Shown here: piece by piece, positions 54,296 to 64,000 of the stretch
Position numbering within the stretch: position 1 is the stretch's first letter
How the letters are laid out: every line of letters begins with the position of its first letter
Assembly (NCBI GenBank): GCA_033442325.1
Contig: JAWQFM010000003.1
Span: 705,825 to 769,824 of the forward strand
DNA length: 64,000 nucleotides
Source of the DNA: Salpingoeca rosetta
Taxonomy: Eukaryota; Protista; Choanoflagellata
Direction of reading: 5' to 3'
Position numbers and translations under genes: made by a program
Notes under the pieces: generated by a model
The model's input: the letters and a program-made list of their open reading frames with translations, nothing else
The model's database searches: none
What the model was told of the DNA's origin: nothing

Positions 54296-54332
54296 TGGTG
54301 CAGTTGAGCTGATGGATGGTCCGCAGGACTGA
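52955..54332 (+). CDS. Uncharacterised ~272-aa largely disordered protein with one Tau/MAP2-like microtubule-binding repeat
   Basis: Exons 52955-53097, 53415-53554 (acceptor tentative) and 53797-54332 (819 nt in frame). The spliced segment reads KVITYKLPDYSKVSSKIGQSATSPYKR-H-GGNVRVK, followed by a basic/Pro-rich and then acidic poly-Asp tail. Confidence 0.62.
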
Positions 54333-54701
54333 GGAACACCATGGGTGGTGGTGGTGGTGTGTGGTGATTGTGGTAGCGCTCTCATGCTGGTCGTGTCATG
54401 GTGGTTGGGAGGGGACGAGGTTCGTATCGTGTGCGGGTCGATGGTTCGTGTCATCATGTGCGGGTGGACGGTGCACGGCAGACACTTTGTGGTTGCCTTC
54501 CCGCTTCCCCTCCCCCCCCCCATTGTTTTGTTTTATTTCTTCTTCCTCATCTTGTTCGTCGTCTTCTTTGACGACTTGGTCTTTTTTGTTGCCCATACAC
54601 GATCTTTTCCTGTGGGTTGTGGTGCTTTGTGATGACTCATTCACACACACACACACACACGCACACACACACATACACACATACACAAGCACGCACACAC
54701 A

Positions 54702-54748
<47 letters not shown>

Positions 54749-55180
54749 CGTTTTGTGTAGTGTTGCCTTTGTGTGTGAATTTTTTCCATCTGAACGAATA
54801 AAATCGCGCGGTACACACTTCCGTCAGCTCCACAATCCAAAAAGGCGGACAACTAGCTGTCTTCTGTCAGCTCGCGTCAGGTCAAACGTACCCCCGCGCG
54901 TGCATGCTTGCATGCACGCCATACGCACACACACGCACACACACACGCATACGCCTCTCACCTGAGCGTTCGTCGAGTTATGAAACCCTCTGTCGTGACA
55001 TGACACGCATCACAGCAACAGAAAACCAAATAATAAAACAATGGCGCGGAGTGAGTGCGACATGGGCTCGCTCTGACACCCTCCGTCCGTCCGTTCCGTC
55101 CGTTCCCAGCCAACCCACTTCGACCTGACACTCCCTAATAATGCGTTTGACAAGCACCCCTTTTTTGCTGGCAGTGTGCA

Positions 55181-55236
55181 TCTCCCTTCTCCCTTCTCCC
55201 TTCTCCCTTCTCCCTTCTCCCTTCTCCCTTCTCCCT
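55181..55236. repeat. (TCTCCCT)x8 heptamer repeat; potential G-quadruplex on the minus strand
   Basis: Eight tandem TCTCCCT units; the minus strand reads (AGGGAGA)n with eight G3 tracts. Confidence 0.75.
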
Positions 55237-55483
55237 TTTTCTTCTTTGCGTGCTCTGGCCCTCTCGCAATTGTATGGTGGAGCAGCTGCACATCGTCATT
55301 TACCTCGGCATCAGCTGTTTGAAGACTACGAGAAACACAGGCAGGAGCAAAGGAGACTCAAGACCCAAGGGCAGAGCAAGAACAGCCACACGCTCACAAG
55401 ACCACAGCAACACAGCTGTTTGAGCAGCCAGCCAGCCCCAGCCATCATCAAAGCACTGCAGCACAGACTGTACGACAGACATC

Positions 55484-58400
55484 ATGTCAAGGGTTATTAT
55501 GCCGGGCCACCTGGACGCCAGAGGAGTGGCTCAAGCAGCTGGTATCCCAGAATGGTGCACCAAACCCGAAGACATCTGCATCCGGCCCACGGAAGCCATC
55601 GTTGACGCATCTGGCCCCGTCGACGAGTACCTGACCCAAGTCCTCCGGCGCATCAAGGCTGAGTTCAAAGCATTCTACGATGACCTGGACCACGATTATC
55701 CCACCAGGTATGATGCATGCACACACAACACTTGCACAGAGAGAGAGACAACACACAGGGCTGTGAACCCACAGATACGAGCACATATCCATCGACACCA
55801 ACCCATCCCTCTGTAGCGTGCGATCGCTCTGCTCTCGTCCCTTGCATCCCGCTTTGCATGCGACCATGTAGAGATGTAGTGTTTGGGTTTATGTGCGCTG
55901 GCAATCACTGCTTCCTTGACATCACACTCACACGCACAGAGTTCCAACTCCCACCCCAACTTCCTCTCACGCACACACAAATACACACACACACTCTCTC
56001 TCTCACACACTCTCTCTCACACACACACACACTCTCTCTCTCTCTTTTACCCTCGCTCTCTCCCTCTCTTGCCCCCACGCAACATGTCGCAGGTACATTG
56101 CCAAGGTCAGACTGACGGGCGGGAGCCTCACGGTGACTGACATGAAGCCTGAAGAGACAGTGGAAGAACGCGTCGAGGAGCTTGAAAAGTTTGACGCGGG
56201 TGACTTTCAGTACCACATGCTCAAGTACAAGGGAGCGTTTTACATCGCTTTTGGGCAACGAGGAGGGCAATCCCTCTCCCTTGTGCCGTGTGGACCGCCT
56301 TCCTCCCAAGCAGGCAGCCCTCGCACTGGCTGGGCTGCCTTGGCCCTCCAACCCGAAGAGCATGACAATGACCATGCACTCGTCCTCGACTACAGTTACG
56401 TCGGCGACATCATCGCACAGGCGCAGGCCTGTAGGGCGCTGCTGGAGCGTGGGGAGCACTCCGCACTCCTGACAGCGGTCGCTGACCCATCTCAGCGCAC
56501 AGTGGTGCCGTACAATCATCGCAACTTCAGCGAGGATGTGCCCATCAACGAGGCCCAGCAAACCGCGCTGAGGGCCCTCCGATACAACGTCGAGGCTGTT
56601 CGAGGACCACCGGGGACAGGCAAGAGTACAACCATCTATCACCTCGTCAAGAGTGTGCTGGACCCAAGCGGCATCACCATCGTTACTTGTGTCCAGGTGA
56701 GCACGACGCTCCATAATCAAGTACTTGCTGTCCATGCTTGCTTGTGTGTGTGTGTGTGTGTGTTCGTGCGTGTCTGTGTGTCCGTGTATTTGTGTGTGTT
56801 TATGTGTTTGCGAGCTTGTTCGCTCGACGATTGCGTTCAGCCTGGCACGCACCCCATGCTCTCTGCGTGTCATGTCAATCACGCTAGTGTACAAACGCCC
56901 CCTGCGCACAATCGCACACACAAACACACACACACACTACTCACACACATCACACACACACACTACTCACACGTGGACTGGTTCTGCAGAACAAGGCTGT
57001 TGAAGCTGTTGCTGAGAAGCTGCGCCAAGGCAGCATCGAGTTTTTCGTTGTGGGCAACTACGAGCGCCTGAGTCCGATGTCGCGCAAGTGCACCCTCGAG
57101 CAACGGGTGAAGCAGGACCCACGCGTCAAGGCCATGGAGAGGAAGATCAGGCGGCTCAAGTTCTTCCTCGAGAAGGTCATTCGCCCAGCCCGGCAGGCGA
57201 ATGTTGTCTCCAGCAACGCACGCCACCAACGGTACCGCCAGCATCGTGCCAATGAGCTCTTCGGCACCGTATCACTGACGGACGCCAGGAGTGCCGCCAA
57301 GCATCGGTGGCTGGCAAACGACCCGTGGGACAGGTTCTGGCGCGCGTGGATGCGCCACCGCCACCCGCAGCTGGAGGTCATGGAGCAAGTCTGCAACGGC
57401 CTCATTCAACGTCTCTCGACGGAGTGCATTGAGACGATCCAAGATGTCCGGCTCGGGATTGTTTCCTCTGTTCGGGCCATTCTCTGCACAGCTGCCAGCG
57501 CAGCGAGCAGGCTGCCTAAGCTGGAAAGTGATTTTGACGTGGACTTTGCTTCCCGCGTCAACAGCATCGTCCTTGACGAGGCTGGCACCTGCCCGGAGGC
57601 GTGTGTGACGTTGCTGCTGCACGCGTGTCCACACACGGACCGCATCATCGCCATCGGCGATAACAAGCAGCTTCCCTCGTTCTCCCGCATCCGAGACGTG
57701 AAAAACGCCTGCCACGACTTTGCCTGGAATGGGTCGTGCCGTTTTGGAGATCGCTGCAGATTCCGCCACGTGACGCAGCAGGGCTTCTTCCACCGGCTGG
57801 CCACGGTCTTGCGGGGCGGGAGCGGTGTGCACCAGCTCACTGTCCAGTACCGCATGCACGCGAGCATCTGTGGCATGGTGTCGCGTACCTTCTACGGTGG
57901 TACCCTTGTTACGCCCGGCAGCACTGCTCGCGACCGCAGCAGCCAGGATCGCCACGGCCTGTGGTGGATTGAGACCTCCGCAGCGGCCAAGGAACAGAAG
58001 GAGAGCAAGTCATATGTCAACCAGGACGAGTGCCACCAGGTCCAGGAGGCGCTGATGAAGCTGCAAGACGAGGTGGGAAGGCACGGCTTTGAGCAGCTCA
58101 GCGTCAAGGTCATCACGTTCTACAAGAAACAGCGGAAGCTGATGGCTGACGTGCTACGCCAAAGCGGTTTCAGGGTGCACACGAGCGATGATGCTCGCCA
58201 GCAGAGGCGGCGGAGGCGGCGGAGGCAGCAGAGGCGTCAACAAACTGCCCCGCCCGACGAGTTTACGGACGGCGATGACGAGGTGGATGAAGAGGAAGAT
58301 GACGCGTTCAAGGGCGTGCAGGTGCAGACGGTGGACGAAAGCCAGGGCTCCGAGTCTGACGTCGTGATATTGTCCTGTGTGCGCTGCAACGACCACGGCA

Positions 58401-58624
58401 ATGTGGGTTTTGTGAGCATGCGCAATCGCATGAATGTCGCTTGCAGTCGAGCTCGCTACCGCCTCGTCATTGTCGGCAACAGTGACACGCTGAAGGAGCA
58501 CAGTCATCAGTGGCGCATGATCCATCGACACTGTCGCCGCGTTCACTCGGCTCAGGAACTTTCTCATTTCGGCCGCCCCGTGGTCGATCTGCAACAAGCA
58601 CTGGCGGACCTGGGCCTGTTTTGA
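55484..58624 (+). CDS. UPF1/NAM7-like SF1 helicase with an internal CCCH zinc finger (~820 aa)
   Basis: Exons 55484-55707, 56093-56696 and 56990-58624 (2463 nt). Q-motif NEAQQTA, GPPGTGKST, TCVQNKAVE, LDEAG, GDNKQLP, LTVQYRMH, ITFYKKQ, TVDESQGSESD and RMNVACSRAR. C-x8-C-x5-C-x3-H at 57710-57769. Confidence 0.87.
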
Positions 58625-59523
58625 ACAGTGGCATGGAATTGACCTGTGCCAAGTGTCGCGTGTTACTTTTCTCTTCCTTTTCGTGCGCCCTGCGTCCGAA
58701 TGCGAGAGTTTGGGTTGAGATGTTGCTCATTCTTGGTTTGTTTGTTCTGGTATTGCCCTCATAACACGCTGCGTTGCTGCGGTTCAAGGGTTCCGTCTTT
58801 TTTCATTTTGCTTGGGTCCCTCTGTGGTCTCGAGGCTCTGGTGCACATGCTTTTGGCTTGCTGTATTCTTGTGTTGTTGGAACACGTGGTGGAGGCTGGG
58901 TGGGCAGGAGGGAGGTGCCCTCCGCCCATATACTGGCTGGTTCTCTTTCTCTTACGGGGGTTCTTTGTTGTTTGCTGCTCCTTTGAGCCGTGTGTTGGCT
59001 GGCGAGAAGCCATCCATTCTCCTATTCTCTGCCCTTGGTGCTCTTGTTCTCGGCCGTTGATGTCGCCGTTGTTGCGGAGGATACGAGAAGCATGTTGGGT
59101 ATCCTCCTCTTTTCTTACTTACGATTACCTGCCACTGTCTGTAGTGTTCTGGTACTTGATCTTGTGATGTTTGACTTGTTGGGGTGTGGTAGAAGAAGAA
59201 GGCAGACGCAAATACAAGGAAAAAAAAAAAACACAGGCTCGATTCAGTGCATCAGGGTACCTGCGGGAAGCAAAGCGGAAGGGCGATATGGAAGACGCGA
59301 GGCTGTAAGGGCAGTGCAGCAGACGGCAAGAGACACAAGAAGCACAGCAGAAGACTGAGAAAGCGAGAAAGAGTCGGACAAACACTCAAAGAAACAGAAG
59401 AAACACAAGGGCAGAGTGCCTGCAAGCACAGGGCTGTTCCAATACAAGCGACTGAATTCAGGGTCACGGCAGTTAACAACCACAAACCAACAACAGCAAA
59501 GCAAAGCAGCACGCCCTCACGCC

Positions 59524-59766
59524 ATGCCCAACGTCTGCAAGGAGAGCGAGGGCGCGCATGTTGTGCTCGCCACGTCCTGGGATCCAGAGCACCCTCCCGA
59601 GGCCCTTGTTGATGGGTACGTGCGGTGTTGATGTTCGTGTACACATGTGCGTATTTGAGGAACACGTGCGATTGAGGCTGGGCGGGCGATCGTGGATTAT
59701 GCGACAGTGAAGTGTTTGAGGGCGATGCATCGCACACACAAATGAACTCCCTGCTAATCTGATGAA

Positions 59767-59839
<73 letters not shown>

Positions 59840-59920
59840 TACACGCACACGCACAAATACACGCACACGCACACACGTACACAAATACACGCAAACACAC
59901 GCACACAAATACACGCAAAC

Positions 59921-59964
<44 letters not shown>

Positions 59965-60657
59965 GCACTTGACAGGGAGGAAGGCACATTCTGGAGCACG
60001 ACGGGCATGTATCCGCAAGAGATTGTGATTACGTTCCCAGCCGCAACCCGCGTGACGACCCTGGAAACCAAGAGCGCATGTATCAAGAACATTGTCATTC
60101 AGAAGAGCTCAAACCAATCCCCAGCGGGATGGGATGATCTCACATCTACCGGTGCGTGTGTGTGTGCGTGTGCGTGTGTGTGTGCGTGTGTGTGTGTGTG
60201 TGTGCCTGTGCCTGTGCATGTGCCGCTTGCGTTTCATGCCTGCGTGAACCATTTAGGCACGCGCACTGCTGTGCTTGTACTTGTGAATGATACACGCGTC
60301 CTGACATGACTCTGGTCTGTTCTGTCGCCCCTATGTATCCGACTGTCAACGCAGAACTGACACACTCGGAAGGACATGTGCAGCTTGAGGACCACAAGGT
60401 AAGCTACAACCTCACCCACACTTACGCGCAGACAAATGGGCGCGGAGGCGGGACACACACGCACATGCACATACATACACACACATGCACACACACACAC
60501 TCTCTCTCTCTTCTCACCGGCTCTTCTGACAACTGCTTTGTTTGTATAGATTGACCCGTGCATCATTCGACACATCCGCATCATCATCAAGAGCGGCTAC
60601 GAGCCATTTGTTGCGCTCTACTCCATCGTCATGGAAGGAACGCCCATCGAGTCGTAA
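59524..60657 (+). CDS. IFT25: Intraflagellar transport protein 25 (HSPB11), 139 aa
   Basis: Exons 59524-59615, 59976-60151, 60355-60398 and 60550-60657 (420 nt). GAHVVLATSWDPEHPPEALVDG, TFWSTTGMYPQEIVITF and RHIRIIIKSGYEPFV match the IFT25 family. Confidence 0.9.
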
Positions 60658-61337
60658 CCGGCAGCGTCACCTTCCTCTCCCCATCCTCAGACAGCAAGGG
60701 CCCCGGAGAAGACACCATCAACCATGTGCTGACTCGCGATGCACGCGTGCAGCGGAGCAAGAGAGCGGGTGTGCAAGCTTCAGTGTGTATGTGTGGGATT
60801 GCGTGAGCGAGTAAGCGAATGTGTTGAGGTGGAAGGGAGCGAAGTTGCTTGTACACGTGTGTGTGTGTATGCGCGCATGCGAGTCGATGCGTATGTGCAC
60901 ACGTGTGGATGCGTTTGTGTCTACTCCGGTTAACTGCGTTCGCATGTTGTGAGAGGCTCACACACTTGCGCAACGTGTGTGTGTGTGTGTGGGTGTGTGT
61001 GTGTGTGTGCGTGTGTGTGTGTGTGCGTGCGGCTGGTAGGAAGGGCATGTCGTTTGAGAGAGGTTGAACCTGTACACACAGTGAAGAGTGCCATGCAAAG
61101 TATCTCCACAGTGATCTGGCTGCATTGAAGGAACAAGAGCCTATGGTTTTAATCACGCAGATATGCACGTGGTCCAAGCAATCACACAGTTACACACAGA
61201 CAAGCAGGCAGACAAACAGACACAAACAAACTGACAGGCAGGACACAATCACACGCACGCACAAACACACATATCACATACACACATTTGTCACACACAT
61301 ATCACACACACACACAATCACGCGGGCAGCGAGGAGG

Positions 61338-61819
61338 TTACGCAGACTTCTGCTCCTCCGTGGCCTGGTCTGTCGTCGAAGTGCTGTCATCCTGTGCAGC
61401 AGCGGGAGAGTCGTGCGCCTCTGCCTCTGTTGTCGTCTGTGTAGATGCGGTGGTGTCGGTTGCCTCCGTAGCGTCTGTCTTGCTCTGCTGCTCGCCCTCA
61501 TCGCCTGCGTAGTAGTCTGCGTGTTGGTTAAAGCACTCGTGCATGGCCTCAAACTGCTGAATGCAGTCGCTCCCTAAACAAACAATACCACAACCCAGCA
61601 ACGTGAGCACAGCGTGGCAACGGTAAGACGGCACCAAGGATTGTACAGAAACGGCATGATTTAGGGGGCGGGGGGGGTTACAACGACAACGGGTGCAAAG
61701 GCAACGGGTGCAACGTCAACGGGTGCAAGCTTGTTTGCAACAAGCCGACCATGCGTCTCCCTTCCTCTGTAGACGCACACGTCGACATGCGTGCTCTGCA
61801 ACACGTACCCACACGTATG

Positions 61820-61865
<46 letters not shown>

Positions 61866-62551
61866 ATATCACACCTTTCTCTTCGGCTTGGCTGTAGACG
61901 AAGCAAGAGAAGGCAGCCTTGAAGGTCTCGCCACACGGGCCATCAGCCATGCCTGTCATCACACGCACGGTGTCAGCACAGTTGGTCACCGATACAAGCG
62001 CGGGCTACGACAGAGACAAGGGAAGGAAAACATGGTCGTACTTGCACACAGACATGCAGAGAGACGGGGAGAGACGAATGAAACATATCCACACACACAC
62101 ACAACCAACACGCAAACACACACACACGCAAGCACACCACACACACATACACACACACACCAGTACAAGCACCGGTACCCCCCCTCTCACACACACGCAC
62201 ACACTCGAGCCACGGGCACACCTTGCAGGCATGGGCAGTCCCAGTCAATCTCGCCGGAAGGGCCAACTGCTTCCCCCAGGTCAGGGCGCAAGGGCGCCTT
62301 GTCCTTATCCTCAACGATGTTCATCTCCTCCTCCGATTCTGGCGTGGTGAAGATGACCACATCCTTCTCCTCTGAACCCGGCACATGGGGTGCAGCAACC
62401 CACAACAGACAAGAGTGTGAGCATGAGCCTGGACCACGCAAATGGTTGCCACCGTGGAAACGATGACCACAGTACACACAACGACACGCACACAACGACA
62501 CGCCCACAACGACGCGCATACAACGACACGCATACAACGACACGCACATAC

Positions 62552-62604
<53 letters not shown>

Positions 62605-62663
62605 AGACGCACATGCACACCAGCACCACGTGACAGCGTCATCTCACCTTGCTGGGCGCTCAT
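61338..62663 (-). CDS. CHCHD4: Mitochondrial IMS import oxidoreductase MIA40/CHCHD4, ~159 aa
   Basis: Exons 62663-62648, 62371-62222, 61952-61875 and 61573-61338 (480 nt). [10 protein letters not shown] (CPC motif), twin CX9C ([11 protein letters not shown] and [11 protein letters not shown]) and an acidic tail. Confidence 0.9.
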
Positions 62664-62891
62664 CGTGGTCGTGGGTGTTGCGGTTTCGATGTGTTTCAGC
62701 GAAAAATACACAAAAATACAGCAAATCCTCCACAACCCGCGAACGAAAAGGCGACCAGTGGCACACACCGACTGTCTCTCCGCACACCTTCCACTGACAC
62801 ACGAACGAGTAGCGTGTCTCCTGCCGTTGTTGCTGACGACCAACCTTTCCTTTCATACAAATCACATCAATCGCAGTGACAGACAGACACA

Positions 62892-64000
62892 ATGGACGCG
62901 GGAAGTGCTGTCACAGGGTTCTTGAAGGCTGTGAATCGAGCCTGCGCCACAGAGGATGGCCCAGCGCTGGCCAGGCTGCTGTCACTGCGCGACGGGCACG
63001 TCCCGCACGTCTACCGCGGCGTGCCCGCGGTGAACGTGGAGGCGCTGGCATCCAGCCTCATCAAGGCAGAGCGACCCGTGGCTGCTGTGGCAGCAGCGCA
63101 CCTGCGCGCCGCTTCAAAGCTCATGACTGGAAACATGGAAGACGCGTTCAACCACCAGTGCACGTGCTGCGACAAGCTCGCCGCATACATCAGCGAGGTT
63201 GAGGAAGGAAACTGGCAGCTGAAGGCCCTCAACATTGTCATGTTCGAGCTGCGGCAGCTCGCCAAGCTCGTGGACGAGATGCTTGCGGGGCAAGACCAGC
63301 AGGTTGAGGCCATCAGCAAGGCCACGCGCCTCTTCCAGGACTGCTTTCGCGCTGTGGGCAACGATCGCCGTGCGGACATTGCGCGGAGCAAGAAGGTTGG
63401 CATGATGTTCATCGCAAATCACATGTTCAACCTCGCCTTCAGAGACAACAACTTTGCCTACGTCAACACCATCATCCGCACCATGAACTCCAACAAACGC
63501 ATCGAGCACTATCAACCCATGTGCCATCGAGTTACCTTCTACTATTACATGGGTCGCAAGGCGCTCCTGGACGCAGCATACGGGTGCGTGTGCTTGTTGC
63601 TTCTGTGTGTTTGTGTGTATGTGTGTGTGTGTGTACGTGTGTGTGTTTGTGTGTTTGTGTGTGTATGTGTGTGTACGTGTGTGTGTATGTGTGTTTGTGT
63701 GTGTATATGTGTGTGTACGTGTGTGTGTTTGTGTGTTTGTGTGTGTATGTGTGTGTGTACGTGTGTGTTTGTGTGTTTGATTGTGCGCGCGAGTTTGTGT
63801 GTGTGTGTGTGTTGTTGTTGTGTGTCATTGTTTGATTGTGCGAGGCGTTTGGTGGACTTGTCCATGTGCTTTCTTGTAGTGGAAGTATCGTCAAATGCTT
63901 GTTGCAGCAGCAACCATCGCGGGTTTCTTCCTCATCCATCACACCTGCACTTTGCTCGCTTGTCTCTTTTGGCAGCGAGGCTCGCACATACTTCGAAAAG
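62892..64000 (+). CDS. PCID2: PCI-domain protein 2 (PCID2/CSN12/Thp1-like), 3' truncated by the window end
   Basis: Exon 62892-63583 (MDAGSAVTGFLKAV...DCFRAVGNDRRADIARSKKVGMMFIANHMF...HRVTFYYYMGRKALLD), then a phase-2 intron and an exon from 63976 (EARTYFEK). Not listed in the supplied ORF track. Confidence 0.8.
   Translation, partial: MDAGSAVTGFLKAVNRACATEDGPALARLLSLRDGHVPHVYRGVPAVNVEALASSLIKAERPVAAVAAAHLRAASKLMTGNMEDAFNHQCTCCDKLAAYISEVEEGNWQLKALNIVMFELRQLAKLVDEMLAGQDQQVEAISKATRLFQDCFRAVGNDRRADIARSKKVGMMFIANHMFNLAFRDNNFAYVNTIIRTMNSNKRIEHYQPMCHRVTFYYYMGRKALLDAAYGCVCLLLLCVCVYVCVCVRVCVCVFVCVCVCTCVCMCVCVCICVCTCVCLCVCVCMCVCTCVFVCLIVRASLCVCVCCCCVSLFDCARRLVDLSMCFLVVEVSSNACCSSNHRGFLPHPSHLHFARLSLLAARLAHTSK

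Noticed and set aside
59465-59485. Possible RFX site (GTTAACAAC) upstream of IFT25
   Set aside because: Only a degenerate match; too weak to call.
61687-61729. Three copies of CAACGGGTGCAA at 15-bp spacing
   Set aside because: Short intronic tandem duplication in MIA40 with no evidence of function.

Overview
A eukaryotic, gene-dense, intron-containing window with strongly GC3-biased exons and introns full of (TG)n/(CA)n/(CACT)n microsatellites. The gene content (axonemal dynein, IFT25, animal-type selenoprotein TrxR, ppGalNAc-T, DDX60) and intron style suggest a choanoflagellate such as Salpingoeca (inference). Hand-splicing at GT..AG sites gives 16 protein-coding genes, two of them truncated at the window edges. 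In order: a CaaX-ending 3' exon; a head-to-head pair of DD3-3-like paralogues (one membrane-anchored, one secreted); a 2OG-Fe(II) oxygenase; an ankyrin/coiled-coil/polyQ protein; a DNAH6-type dynein heavy chain; EMC4; thioredoxin reductase with a C-terminal GCUG (UGA=Sec) and a GUGA-type SECIS; a GALNT; an SLC25 carrier; a DDX60-like Ski2 helicase; a small protein with a Tau/MAP2-like repeat; a UPF1-like SF1 helicase with a CCCH finger inserted in the motor core; IFT25; MIA40/CHCHD4; and PCID2. The most notable observations are the intron-split Tau R3-like repeat (invisible in the ORF track), the secreted plus membrane DD3-3 divergent pair, the CCCH-in-core helicase near DDX60, and the recoded Sec codon with its SECIS. 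Most long ORFs in the supplied track are antisense shadows or microsatellite translations. No mobile elements, CRISPR arrays, rRNA or tRNA were recognised. All family assignments come from motifs recalled from memory, not database searches.
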